A stretch of DNA of 64,000 bases from Chiloscyllium plagiosum (lineage: Eukaryota), in contig NC_057749.1 of NCBI RefSeq assembly GCF_004010195.1, positions 19,298,432 to 19,362,431 on the forward strand, read 5' to 3'. Position numbers and translations under genes: made by a program. Of the stretch, positions 13,664 through 26,940 are shown in pieces. Position 1 is the first letter of the stretch. Each line of letters opens with the position of its first letter. The notes under the pieces were generated by a model. The model was given only the letters and a program-made list of their open reading frames with translations, was not told the DNA's origin and made no database searches.

Positions 13664-13756
13664 GATGGAAATCTCCCTTCTGGTGAATCCATGGTGCGAC
13701 AATTCCTCCAGGGTCAAAGGTTCTTCCAGCAAGAGTTTGGGAAGCAATGCTGTGAG
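13664..13756 (+). CDS. MAN2C1: MAN2C1 internal exon ([31 protein letters not shown])
   Basis: ttttgcag|GATGGA...TGTGAG|gtgagt; 93 nt, phase 0/0; matches the vertebrate MAN2C1 segment [18 protein letters not shown] as recalled. Confidence 0.96.
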
Positions 13757-15620
13757 GTGAGTGTTTGGAATAGCAATAAGGCCTTTGTTAGAAAGTGATT
13801 CCTGCATAGTTACAGAATAAAGTGAATCATCAAAAGGGATTTTCTATGTAAAATGGTTTAACACTGTTAATATTGTAACTGTTCATTTTATCCTGCGTAC
13901 AAACTGCATAATATAAGATTCATTTCAGTAAGGACCACATAGCCCTTTTAAATGAAATTCCAGGGGTCTCTCTTAATTAGCTGCGCCAACTTACTTATCC
14001 GAACACTTGTGGTTTGAATGGTAACTCATTTACTTGTACAGCCACCCCATGCCCTAATCTGTGAGTAATTCTTTCCTCCCACGTGATTTCTAAAACCACT
14101 CTCTCAGATCGGACATAAGATGACATTGCAATGCTTTAAGATACTAAGTACAATTATAAAATCATCCTGACAACCAACTTGAAATCTGTGTTTGCTGATC
14201 TCCGAGTAATCAGGCAAATTCTACTTTCATCATAAAAAAACCATAATGTTTTGTAGTAAAATCAAGTCTTCTCTAAGAATTGGAGGAGATTTTCTGAGGA
14301 AGCAGCTTACTGGGCAACAAGCTCCTCATGTTTACAATGTGAGCTTTTGTTTACATGCTTAATATCAACTATTCTGTCTTTCTCTGCTGCACAATAGTTG
14401 TGATTTGTTCCTCAGTGACTCTTCTGTTATAATTGGCACCTTTAGCCATTTTTCTTGAACTACTTGTTCTGCATGTATTTTTACAATGTATGAGGGTATT
14501 TATACTTCTGCTAATGTGTTTTACTGAGTTACCATGTACTCTAAATTAACACATGGAATAACGTAAGTGCAAAATGTCTTCATTATCATTCCAGTACCTT
14601 TTTCATTCTTACTTGAATAAAGCATTTTGTTACCACTGTCAACATGCATTTCTTCCCTTATCACCTAAGGCAGCAGTCTCTATTTTGGCAACTGTGATAA
14701 TTTAGGTTATCATATTTTAAGCATTAATTTAAGCAATAGGGCTCATTAATTGGCAATCAAACTAGGCAAAATTTTTGAACAATTGTGTCTGAATGTGTGA
14801 AATGATACAGCCACATTGATTTATAAAATTAAGGTTGGAGATTTAGCATACCAAGCTATGTCTTATTTGGTCTTTAATTTTGGAGTGTTGTACTTATCTA
14901 GCACTACACCTATCCAAAAATACTTTGTCTCTGCAATTACTTTATCTGTGTAAAGTTCTTTTATTTTGAGTGATTATATAAAGTTTACAGAGTAGTAAAT
15001 GGAGCAGATTTTGCATCTTTTAGTTATAAACTACACGTATATATTAAGTTTTTTGTCACCTTAAGCCTTAGCTTTTCAAGGGTCTTTGACAGTTCAGGCA
15101 GTGGTTAGATTTTATAGACATCACTTCTGTCTGATGGGATCTGCTGTAACGTTTCTGTCCCAGCCATCAAACACATGACTGCCCCTGGGTAATAAGCTAT
15201 TTTTGGGACACAGTACTGTAATACTCCAGCGTGTACAGTGGGATTCTCATGCCAGGATAATTCTTGTTGGCCCTGTGGTAGCCTGCCCACGTGGCTGTAA
15301 ATCTCTTGGTTCCCATGTGATTCTGTTTAATTGTTGCCTCTGAGAATGCTTCATCCTCAAAATGCATAAAGCTTCAACTCATAAAAAGGCCATTGGCACT
15401 TGGCCTCCTGCTGATATCTATTGGGTAACAAACACAAGAGCTGTTTGGTTCTGATATTTTTGGACATGGCCTATTTTAGTGCCACCCTTACACCTACACA
15501 AGTTGGGGACCTTCATAGCTCAATATCAGCACCAATTGCACTCTGGGTTTTTTGTAGGGCTGAAGAATGTTACCAGGAATAAAACACTCATCATTTCTCT
15601 CTCATTATCTTTTTAAATAG

Positions 15621-15785
<165 letters not shown>

Positions 15786-16083
15786 TGATCACAATTTTTC
15801 AAAATGCGTATTAAAAATACTTGAAAGTGGTCAGGGATTGTCAACGATAGAAGTATAACAGAGGCTGGTGGTACAGTCAGTACAATGACTTACTCCTTGT
15901 TGCAAACGTTCAGATATTCTTATCAACTGACTGCCTTGCAATTTAGACCTGAGTGGAAATTGTCTACTACTGTGCAAGTGTCAACAGTTTTAAGATCATG
16001 AATATTGTGCTTATTAGACTTGTTTAGGTTACCATGGTTAGATAGTTGTTGTGGTTCTGTTCGCCGAGCTGGAAGTTTTTGTT

Positions 16084-16123
16084 GCAAACGTTTCGTCCCC
16101 TGGCTAGGCGACATCATCAGTGC
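16084..16123 (-). ncRNA. Minimal hammerhead ribozyme motif (family C)
   Basis: gca-CTGATGA-t-GTCgcct agcc agggGAC-GAAA-CGTT-tgc: stem I gca/tgc, ACGT stem III, GUU site. Confidence 0.68.
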
Positions 16124-16411
16124 TTGGGAGCCTCCTGCGAAGCGCTTCTTTGATGTTTCCTCCGGTGTTTATAGTGGTCTGTCCCTGCCGCTTCCGGTTG
16201 TCAGTTTCAGCTGTCCGCTGTAGTGGTTGGTATATTGGGTCCAGGTCGATGTGTTTGTTGATGGAGTTTGTGGATGAATGCCATGCCTCTAGGAATTCCC
16301 TAGCTGTTCTCTGTCTGGCTTGCCCTACGATAGTAGTGTTGTCCCAGTCGAATTAAATGCCTAAAACTAGGGGGCATGCATTCAAGGTGAGAGGGGGAAA
16401 GCTCAAAGGAG

Positions 16412-16747
16412 ATAGAATCATAAAATCCTTAACAGTGTGCAAACAGGCCATTTGGCCCAACAAGTCCAATCTGACCCTCCAAAGAGTAACCCACCCAGAC
16501 CCTATTATTCTACATTTACCTCAGACTAATGCACCTAACTTACACATCCCTGAACACAATGGGCAATTTAGTACGGCTAATTGCCCTAACCTGCACATCT
16601 TTGGATTGTAGGAGGAAACCAGAGCACCCAGAGGAAAGTCACGCAGACACGGGGAGAATGTGCAAACTCCAGTCAGACAGTCACCCGAGGCTGGAATCAA
16701 ACCCAGATCCTTGGTGCTGTGAGGCAGCAGTGCTAACCACTGAGCCA
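16412..16747 (-). mobile_element. V-SINE nested in a CR1 3' end (~16356-16940)
   Basis: Reverse complement of the V-SINE core; CR1 sequence resumes at agagagtggtagg. Confidence 0.85.
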
Positions 16748-17657
16748 GAGAGTGGTAGGAGTCTGGAATGCACTGTTAGAGGTGGTGGTGGAGGCAGATA
16801 GGGCATTTAAGAAACTTTTACATCGGCACATGAATATGCAAGGAATGGAGGGATATGGACCAAGGGCAGGCAGAGGGAATTAGTTTAATTTGGCATTGTG
16901 TTCGGTGCAACATCATTGGCTGTACTGTTCTAGGTTCTATATTATATGGACGAGTTAGACCGAAGGGTCTGTTTCTATGCTGTATAACTCTATGACTCTA
17001 ATATCCTTGAGCTCAGATTCAGCTTTCAGCCTTGAACTTATTAGTTTTTCTTTTATGTTTCTCCTCCATGCTCTCCCTGCATTGGACTGGGACAACACTA
17101 CTATCATAGGGCAAGCCAGACAGAGAACAGCCAGGGAATTCCTAGAGGCATGGCATTCATCCACAAACTCCATCAACAAACACATCGACCTGGACCCAAT
17201 ATACCAACCACTACAGCGGACAGCTGAAACTGACAACCGGAAGCGGCAGGGACAGACCATTATAAACACCGGAGGAAACATCAAAGAAGCGCTTCACCTA
17301 GCCAGGGGACGAAACGTTTGCAACAAAAACTTCCAGCTCGGCGAACAGAACCACAACAACGAGCACCCGAGCTACAAATCTTCGCACAAACTTTGAATGG
17401 TTAGATAGTTTTCAGCTCCCTGGATGAAATACAAGGAGGATAGCTCAGATAATCCAAGCATCTCACATTATTTAAATGGCATATAGTTACTTTTCACTGA
17501 TAGGAAGGTAGCATTGGGCAACAGAACACATTAAAGGACATCAAAAGCCAGATTCACAATCTACTTTTCCTTAAATCCAGTCTCTCGAACCTGAACAAGG
17601 CCACTAACCCCATGGATTCTGGAAAATCCTAATTCTGTTAAGAAGTCAATAATGTTA

Positions 17658-18826
17658 TGGGGTCTTTAACTTTCCAGATATTGACTGGGAAAGCTATAGC
17701 TCGAGTTCGTTAGATGGGTCGGTGTTTGTCCAATGTGTGCAGGAGGTTTTTCTGACACAATATGTAGACAGGCCAACAAGAGGTGAGGCCATACTGGATT
17801 TGGTTCTGGGTAACAAACCAGGCCAGGTGTTAGAATTGGAGGTAGGTGAGCACTTTGGGGACAGTGACCACAATTCGGTGACTTTTACTCTAGTGATGGA
17901 GAGGGATAAGTGTGCACTGCAGGGCAAGATTTATAACTGGGGGCAGGGAAATTATGATGAGGTGAGACACGACTTAGGATGCGTGGCTTGGGAAAGTAGG
18001 CTTCAAGGGAAGAGCGCAATTGATATGTGTAGCTTGTTCAAGGAGCAACTATTGAGTGTCCTTGATAAGTATATACCTGTCAGTGAGGAAAGGGTTGTGT
18101 GAGCCGTGGTTTAATAAGGAATTGAAATCCCTTGTTAAAGAGAAGATTGAGTGTCCTTGATAAGTATGTACCTGTCAGGGAGGAAAGGGTTGTGTGAGCC
18201 GTGGTTTAATAAGGAATTGAAATCCCTTGTTAAAGAGAAGAGGGTGGCCTATGTAAAGATGAGGCGTAAAGGTTCAATTGGGGTGATTGAGAGTTATAAG
18301 GTAGCCAGGAAGGATCTGAAGAGAGAGCTAAGAGCAGCAAGGAGGGGACATGAAAAGTCCTTAGTTGGTAGATTAGGGAAAACCCAAAGGCTTTCTATAG
18401 GTATGTCAGGAATAAAAGAATGACTAGGGTAGGAATAGGTCCAGTCAAGGATAGTAGTGGGAAGTTGCGTGTGGAGGCTGAAGAGAGTGGGGAGACACTG
18501 AATGAATACTTTTCATCAGTATTCAATCAGGAACAGGACATTATTGTCAATGTGAATACTGAGTCACAATTAAGTAGAATGAATGGCTTTGAGGTATGTA
18601 GGGAAGAGGTGTTGAAAATTCTGGAAAGGGTGAAAATAGAAAAGTCCCCTGGGCCTGATGGCATTTATCCTAGGATTCTCAGGGAAGCAAGGGAGGAGAT
18701 TGCAGAGCCATTGGCCTTAATGTTTATGTCCTCGTTGTCTACAGGAGGTAGTGCCAGAAGATTGGAGGATAGCAAATGTGGTTCCCTTGTTCAAAAAGGG
18801 GAGTAGGGATAACCCCAGTAACTATA
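17658..18826 (+). mobile_element. CR1 ORF2 internal fragment (endonuclease end to RT start)
   Basis: FNFPDIDW, PTRGEAILDLVL, HFGDSDH, KSPGPDGIYPRIL; 95-bp tandem duplication at 18051-18240. Confidence 0.9.
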
Positions 18827-19090
18827 GCAGGACAGCAGATACATCAGAACACCACCACCTGCAAGTGTCTCCAAGCCAGTCACCATCCTGATTTAGAAAT
18901 GTGTCATTCTTCTTTACTGTCACTGGGTCAAAATCCTGGAATTCCCTCCCTAATAGCATTGTGGGTCTCCTTACTGTCCATGGGCTGCAATGGCTCAGAA
19001 AGGCAGCTGACTCCCACCTTCTCACAGGGCAACAATGGACAGGCAATAAATGCCAGCTAGCCAGCAACACCCATGTTCCATGAGTGAATC
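18827..19090 (+). mobile_element. L2-like LINE 3' end
   Basis: KSWNSLPNSIV and the tail gcaataaatgccagc. Confidence 0.65.
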
Positions 19091-19551
19091 AATCTAAAAA
19101 CGTTCTAGTTATTCAAAACTTGAGGTAATTTTCCTTCACTACCAGATCTGCATGTTTCATTTAACTGTTCCAGTCTCATAAGCTGCGATGCTTTTTTTCC
19201 CACGAGCACTCACGCTACCAAGATTTTCTCAGTCTTCCATTAAAAGTTTTTGCAGATTTACAATGAAATATCTCTCGTCTGGATGTTTTCATAAACAACA
19301 ACCTTTACATTGAGGAAACCTATTCCCTTAACCGTCTTCAACAATCTCTGTTTCTAGGAGAATGTATTAAGACTATAAGAAATAGAGCCAGGAGCATACC
19401 TTCCAGCCACTCGAGCCTGCTGGTCCAACATTCCTTGATACTTGGCTGATCCAACAGTCCTCATTCCACTTCCTTGCCCCTTTCCCTGTAGCGCTTGATT
19501 CTCCAACTGATCAAGAATCTATCTCAGTTTAAACATACACAAGAACTCTGT

Positions 19552-19826
19552 CTCGTATGGAGTCAGCTATTACAAGGGGGCATAGCTTTAAATTAAGGGG
19601 TGGTAGGTATAGGACAGATGTTAGGGGTAGATTCTTTACTCAGCGAGTCGTGAGTTCATGGAATGCCCTGCCAGTAGCAGTGGTGGACTCTCCCTCTTTA
19701 TGGGCATTTAAACGGGCATTGGATAGGTATATGGAGGATAGTGGACTAGTGTAGGTTAGGTGAGCTTGGATCAGCGCAATATCGAGGGCCAAAGGGCCTG
19801 TACTGCGCTGTATTTTTCTATGTCTA
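19552..19826 (+). mobile_element. CR1 3' end
   Basis: TRGHSFKL..FFTQRVVSSWNALP. Confidence 0.85.
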
Positions 19827-19829
19827 TGC

Positions 19830-20200
19830 TGTCTCAGCCATGGATGAATGCTGGCCACATACCCAAAGACAATTTGTTCAGTGAGCTGGTCACTAGGTGA
19901 TGACCTGCTGGATGTCCATGCCTCATTACAAGGAAAGTATGAAAGTACCAGACATCAACATACGTTAGAAGACAGTTGCTGATGACCATGACTTCTGTAA
20001 GTGGACTATTTGGAGGGACATTAGAAGAGGCAAACAGAAATGTAAAACTGAACAGAACAGGATGGGGACCCAGAGCAAACAGAGTCTAACTGCCATCTTC
20101 TTCTGCAGCAAATCTGGCAGAGACTACCAGTCCAGAGGGGGTTTCTAACCAATACCAGGCACGAACCATCATTTCAAGAGATGGAAGGTTGCTGAAGTGA
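19830..20200 (+). mobile_element. RTE-like LINE 3' fragment
   Basis: GHIPKDNLFSELV motif and an RTE-type terminus. Confidence 0.5.
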
Positions 20201-21024
20201 GCACCAGAATAAAATCCTTATAGCACTAGCATGATACTTGTTTTCCTCAAAAATAGCTTTTTGAGTGCAGAAATTGCTGAAGAAACTCAATAGGTATGGC
20301 GCCATTTATGGGAAAAAGGCAGAATTAATGTTGAGTTATAATGTAGAGTCATTGGACTCAAAAGGTTAACTCTGCCTTGCTCCTACAGATGCTGCCAGAC
20401 CTGCTGAGTTTCTCCAGCAATTTATATTTTTTTGTTTCAGACCTCCAGCTTCTGCAGTTCTTTGTTTTAGTTTTGAGTGCGACTGGCTCCGTGTCACTTG
20501 TGTCTATACTTTGTAAGTTTTCATGCAGAAAACTCACCAGAAATGAGTTGAAACTATCTCAGTTTAATTTCTTGTATGCTGATAGAGATCTGAATTGAAC
20601 TTCATATCAGCTGAACATTGAATGCAAGTACCTAATTAACCAGCATAATGTGGTAGTATTTGGAAGCTTATCCTACTGATTTACATTCTGATTCCATTTA
20701 GTGCTAGATAAATATGATGGTTATGTGACTGCATTGGTAGACGTTTTATGCCTAAACTGCAGTACAGGTTCAAATTTAACAAAACATGTTTGACCACTCA
20801 ATTGAAACATTAACCTGTCCATTTCTTGAATAGATGCTCCCTGACTGATTTAAGTTTTCCAGAATTTCTTATCTTTTAGACTCCCGATTTTACAGCATCA
20901 ACAAAGTTTTGCTTTTTACTTAAAGTAGTGTGAGACTTTCACCAACCATACTCCCCTGCAACAACTGATTCCTGGGAGTTCCATTCTCCTTCACATCAGG
21001 TTGGTCCTTGTCTGAATTTACATG

Positions 21025-21258
21025 GTTAAAAATCACACAACGCCAGGTTATAGTCCAACAGGTTTATTTGGAAGCACTAGCTTTCGGAGCGCTGCTCCTT
21101 CATCGGGTGATTGTGAAGTCTTGTGCTCCACAATTACCTGATTAAGGAGCAGCGCTCCGAAAGCTAGTGCTTCTAAATAAATCTGTTGGATTATAAACTG
21201 GTGTTGTGTGATTTTTAACTTTTTCCATCCTCGTCCAACACCGGCTCCACCACTTCAC
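21025..21258. mobile_element. Palindromic PLE-type element, family B, with two opposed mutated hammerheads
   Basis: ~91-bp inverted arms 21025-21115 and 21129-21219; 11-bp near-TSD gaa(t/a)ttacatg; GGAGC-agc-GCTCC-GAAAGCTA. Confidence 0.8.
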
Positions 21259-22438
21259 GAAATTACATGATCACTTTAATGCTGGTGTGAAACTGAAACT
21301 GTTTTGTACCAGTATTAAAGTTGTCTGCTATACATGCTCTTTCTTAGAGTTTGATTCGTGTACAAAATACAAAAGGCGTCATCTAGGGATTTCTTCACCA
21401 AATTCTTATCTCTTCTTTGATCATCTTTGAAGGCTTTGTCTCTGTATTTGCCATTGGTGCTATGCATGCTCAATATTTACTTAACTCAAGTAATCATTCC
21501 TTTATTGTGAGGCAGATTGCTGAGCATCTGCAGTTTTTTTCAGTAGGAGGCATTGCACTAAAACTGAATTTTGTCTGTGTTACTGTCCCCAATGTGTGTT
21601 ACGCAGGGATATCTGAATGGTGGTTACTATCAGAAAATGGTCAATTTAATCTCCTCGCGTAGGATAATGAGATCAGTTATATTTAATAGAACATGAAATT
21701 AGGAGATCAGGTCACACAAACTTTGCATATATTCTTTTATATGTTTACATGGTTTGATGGGTTCAAATGGGGAAACTGTTCCCACAGGTGGAAGAGTCCA
21801 CTACAAAAGGTACATAACCTTAAAAAATTAATGGTAAGTCATTTGGATGTGAAATTGAGAATCATTTCTTCAACATAATGGGTAATGGAAATCTGGAACT
21901 TGCTCTCGCTGAAAACCTCCAATGGTGGGGGTCTGTTGGAGGTTTCACAGTTAAGATCGATAGAGTTTTGTTAGGTGAGTTTGTAAAGGATGTGGGACAA
22001 AGGGAAAAGTGTTGCAGATCAGTTTGTAATCGAGTTGAATGAAGAAACAAATTTAAGAACAAACTAGGTTACTGATAATATCACCGTCTATGGGATCTTC
22101 TTCATCTGCATGGATCAGTTGCTTAGTATTCAATCAGTTCCTCAATTAGAAGAGTTCCTACATTGGAAATGTTGATGTTTGTCTAAAAGCAACTGTATTG
22201 AGGTCATTGGAGGATTTGTTTTGTAACAAGAATTGGAATGTTCATAAATACTGTATGCCATGAGCCAATATTTCCGGTGCTGCGTACCAACGTTGTTCCT
22301 GTTTTATTGTTTGGATTTATTGTACTTTGATTATCTTGACACAGAGTTTGAATTTGAAAACACACCTGCTTCAATTTTTTTGTCATGTTGAGTAACACTT
22401 GCTTATTTTTCCCTCTTTGATGTTGCCAATCTTGACAG

Positions 22439-22534
22439 CACCACACATTCTTTTGGGAAGGAATTGATGGCTCCAGGGTTCTGACCCATTTTCCACCTGG
22501 CAACTCCTACGAAATGAAATGCAAGGTGGAGGAA
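22439..22534 (+). CDS. MAN2C1: MAN2C1 exon ([32 protein letters not shown])
   Basis: tgacag|CACCAC...GAGGAA|gtaagt; 96 nt; FxWxGxDGS GH38 motif. Confidence 0.96.
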
Positions 22535-23639
22535 GTAAGTAGGCGGCAAACTTCAATCTTTGGAGAAAGCAAGAGAGAGGGGTGCTGCTGGTGCTTGATT
22601 ACTGCAGCTTTCTGTGCCAGCATCTTGGAATGCCCTTACAGAATTGGGCTATTTTTGTTCTCTCTTTTGGTGTCCTATAGGAAGATTCAGCCCACTGCCA
22701 GCTAGTTGTGGCAATTAGTTGTCTCACTCATTTGCAATCGTTTGTGTTGATGTTTAATTAACTGCTAGGAAGAAAAAAACAAAAACAGACTTTTTAACTT
22801 GACGGTTCTATAAACTTGGACGAATGTGTCCAATGTAAGCCCAAACTCTGCAAAAGGGAACCAATTTAAAACTTGAAATTGAAAACTTTAAAGTTTCCCC
22901 TAAGACCCAAAAAGGAAGTTAACTCTTCACATGGAAACCTATTGGGAAGGTTTCCTTTGCATTATAGCTAAAGCCAGAAGCCAATTTAAAAGTAGAAGTC
23001 AGACTTTTGACTAACCAAACAATTGTCTGAGGAAACCTTGGTCTAATGTTTTGGGAAAATAAATATTTCCAAATTAAATAACCTTAAATGCCTACCACCT
23101 GTGGTTGTAACAATATTGAATGTTGTAAACTAGCTCCTAGCCAGTCAAAATAAAGACTACTGAGGACTTGGGTTTTCCTTTTAAGAGGTTATGGGTCAGT
23201 CCAAGTGTCAAGATGTCTTGCTATTCTATGGGGATGGTTATGAAATTTGTCAAAGGCTACATCAAATAGGAAAGGTTTAGTTGAAGCAACCTGTTACATT
23301 GCTGTCTACCTCAAAACAATTCAGTTTTCAAAGAAGGAACTAAATTTGAATGCTTTCGAATTCAGTGTAGTCGTTTTGCATAACTAGTTGCTTCATGATT
23401 CATATGAAGGGATTTATTGAGGTTATTTCAAAGGCATTGAATTTTTAATAAACACGTGCAGTGATATCATACAAATTTGGCTTAATTTGCCTTTCAGAAT
23501 GATGGTGTCTAACAAGTACAGTCATAATTTCAATTCAAATTACATTGCCACAACATAACAGCTGAGGAGCTATGATGTCATTTTTTTTCTAAAATTGGAA
23601 TTTAAAATATTTCAGTGACAAGTATTTAATGTCTTGACT

Positions 23640-24476
23640 TTTTTTCTTCGTTCTTTGCAGTGTGGGCAATGCTGACAAGGCTAGGATTTGTTGCTAATCT
23701 TAAATTGCCGTTGATGTTCTCAGGCTATGTTATAAGGCGGTTAGCAGTCACAAGTAGGCTAGACCATGAAAGGATGGCAGATTTCCCTCCTTAAAGGACA
23801 TTAATGAACCAGATGTGTTTTTCAACAACAATTTGATGATAGTGTTACAGTCACCAGCTTTGGTACTATCGTTTGATTTCAGATCTTACTGATTCAATTC
23901 AAATCCCACCAGTTGCAGTGATTAGTTTTGAACCCGTGCCCTTAGAACATTCGTCTGGATCTCTGGAGTACTAGTCCAAAGATAGTACTGGGATAGTTCT
24001 GGGATAATGCACATTTCAGCAGCGCGATTTGTGCGCATCGTTCCACACTTGCACCGATGTCTGCGCCAAAATCTTCGTGCTTCGTTCTGCACGTGCACTG
24101 GTGTTTGCGCCGCTATGCGCATGTGCAATGTCAGCGCCAGTCTTTGTGCCATCCTGCACATGTGCCGATATCAGCTGCTGACAGAGCAGCTTTCTGTGAG
24201 AGCTACTGAACAGAGAGCAGTTTTCTTACATTTTTTAACTGTGCTGTGTTAAATTTACTTTTGTTTCATTAATAACTATGATTTCAAGCTTCATTCAGGC
24301 TGCGCTATACATTGCATTAGACTTTTGGGTGATTTTTGAGCGATCGTGAGTGATACTTTTTGCCAGTCTGCCCCAACCCCAATTTTCCTGTAGACCCCAT
24401 TATTTCTATTAAGCGAGGTTTAACTGGAATGCAACTACGACGTAAAAGGAGAACTACCTGTACTACTATACCAGTG
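23640..24476 (-). mobile_element. Second tRNA-headed SINE family with an L2-like tail (other copies ~29100-29410 +, ~35375-35650 +, ~52270-52540 -)
   Basis: Shared core cattaatgtcctttaaggagggaaatctgccatcc across copies. Confidence 0.65.
23988..24460. mobile_element. Tigger/pogo-like non-autonomous DNA transposon nested in a SINE head
   Basis: TA-flanked imperfect TIRs (ta-ctgggatagttct ... agaactacctg-ta); the SINE head continues on both sides. Confidence 0.5.
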
Positions 24477-24558
24477 TAATTTTAAAAATTGGGGTGGGAG
24501 GAATTGGTGACTGTGTTAAAAGCATCCCATGTAATAATAGGATCAGGAGTGGGGTAGC

Positions 24559-26940
24559 TAGAACATTGAACTGTACAGGCCCTTCGGCCCTTGATGTTGT
24601 GCCAACCTTTTATCCTACTCTAAGATCAAACAAACCTATGTACCCTTCATTTTATTATCTTCTATCCAAGAAGCACTTATCCAAGAGTCGCTTAAGTGTC
24701 CCTAATGTATCTGACTTTTCTACTGCTGTTGGCAGAGAATTCCATACACCCACCACTCTCTGTGCAAAGAAACTGCCTCTGACATTTCCCCTAAACCTTC
24801 CTCCAGTCACCATAAAATTATGACCCTCATGATAGCCATTTCTACATTGGGAAAATGTCTCTAGCTATCCACTTTATCTATTTCTCTCATCATCTTGTAC
24901 ACCTCTATCATGTCACCTCACAGCCGCCTTCGCTCCAATGAGAAAAGCCCTAGCTCCCTCAACCTTTCTTCACAAGACATGCCCTCCAGTCCAGGAAGCA
25001 TCCTGGTTAACCTCCTCTGCACTCTCTCTAAAGCTTCCACATCCTTCCTATAATGAGGCAACCAGAACTGAACACAATATTCAAAGTGTGGTCTAACCAA
25101 GGCTTTATAGAGCTGCAGCATACTACACGACTCTTAAACTCAGTCCTTCTGTTAATGAAAGCCAACACACCATACACCTTCTTAACAACCCTCTCAACTT
25201 GGGTGGCAACCTTGAGCGATCTATGGACGTGGACCCAAGATCCCTTTGTTGCTCCACACTGAATCCTGCCTTTAACCCTGTAATCTGCTTTCAAAATCGA
25301 CCTTCCAAGATGAATCACTTCACTCCTTTCCAAGTTGAACTCCATCTGCCACTTCTCAACACAGCTTTGCATCCTGTCAATGTCCCGTTGCAACTTACAA
25401 CAGCTCTCCACATTGTCCACCAATCTTCGTGTCATCGGTTAACTTATCAACCCACCCTTCCACTTCCTCATCCAAGTCAGTTATAAAACATCACAATGAG
25501 CTGAGGTCCTAGAACAGATTCCTGCAGAACACCACTGGTCACTGGACTCAGGCTGAATACTTTCCATCTACCACCACCCTCTGTCTTCTTTGGGCCAACC
25601 AGTTCTGTATCTAGACAGCCAAATTTCCCTGTATACCATACCTCCTTACTTTCTAAATGAACCTACCGTGGGAAACCTTATCAAACACCTTGCTAAAATC
25701 CATGTACATCACATCTACTGCTCTACCTTCATCAATGTGTTTTGTCACATCCTCAAAGAATTCAATAAGGTCTGTGAGGCATGACCTGCCCCTCACAAAG
25801 CCATGCTGACTATCTCTAATCAAACTAACCTTTTCCAAATGCTCATAAATTCTGTCTCTCAGAATCCTCTCCAATAATTTGCCCACCACTGACGAAGACT
25901 GACTGGTCTCTAATTCCCAAGATTATCCCTTTTCCCCTTCTTGATCAATGAATAACATTTGCCACCTTCCATTCATCTAGTACTACTCCAATGGACAGTG
26001 AGGATGCAAAGATTATCGCCAAAGGCATAGAAATTGCCACCTGTAGTAACCTTGGGTACATCCTGTCTGGGCAAGTGAGGACTGCAGATGCTGGAGATTG
26101 GAGTAGAGTGTGGTGCTGGAGAAGCACAGCAGGTCAGGCAGCATCTGAGGAGCAGGAAAATCAGGATGAAGGGCTTTTGCTGGAAACATCAATTTTCCTG
26201 CTCCTCAGATGCTGCCTGACCTGTGCTTTTCCAGCACCACACTCAACTCTACATCCAGTCTGGCCCAGGGGACTTTCAAATCGGTCTGTTTCACACTGTC
26301 CTCACAAATGACAAGGTCCCTGTTAGTAGTGAATACTGAAGTAAAATATTCATTAAGGACCACCCCTACCTCTTCAGACTCCAGGCACAAGTTTCCTCCA
26401 CTGTCCCTGATCAGCCTGACCCTCACTCTGGCCATCCTCTTGTTCCTCTCATAAGTGTAGAACGCCATGGGGTTTTCCTTAATCCTACCTGCCAAGGCTT
26501 TTTCATTCCCCCTTAATAGCTCTCCTAAGTCCATTGTTCAATTCCTTCCTGGCTACCTTGTAACCATCTAGAGCCCTGTCTGATTCTTATCTCCTCAACC
26601 TTAAGTAAGCTTCCTTCTTTGCCTTGACTAGATGTTCCACATCCCTTGTCGCCCAAGGTTCATTCAACTTAGCATTCCTTCCTTACCCCAGTCGGACAAA
26701 CCTATCCAGCACTATCAGCAAGTGCTCCCTAAACAACCTCCACATTTGTTGTGCATTTCTCTCAGAACATCTGTTCCCAAGTTATGCTCCACAGTTCCTA
26801 CCTAATAGCATTATAATTCCCCCTCTCCCAATTAAATACTTTCCCATACTGTCGGCTCTTATCCTTCTCCATAAGTATAGGAGAGGTTGGAGTTGCGATC
26901 ACTGTCACCAAAATGCTCTCCCACCACGACATCTGTCACC
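24559..26940 (-). mobile_element. 5'-truncated CR1-clade LINE
   Basis: SQHGFVRGRSCLT, DVMYMDFSK.FDKV.H and [17 protein letters not shown] motifs; CR1 tail. Confidence 0.92.
26071..26249. mobile_element. Palindromic family A element with a collapsed centre, inserted in a CR1
   Basis: 14-bp TSD tacatcc(t/a)gtctgg at 26057-26070 and 26250-26263; inverted arms; partial hammerhead. Confidence 0.8.

Larger units (their letters stand above)
16048..17396. mobile_element. Penelope family C composite: inverted arms ~16045-16353 (-) and ~17081-17396 (+) inside a 14-bp TSD
   Basis: TSD atggttagatagtt at 16034-16047 and 17397-17410; arms encode a GIY-YIG C-terminus (DWDNTTIIGQARQRTAREFLEAWHS..IN). Confidence 0.85.

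Noticed and set aside
22760..23560. Possible solo LTR
   Set aside because: Only TG/CA-compatible ends and an AATAAA; no TSD or second copy seen.
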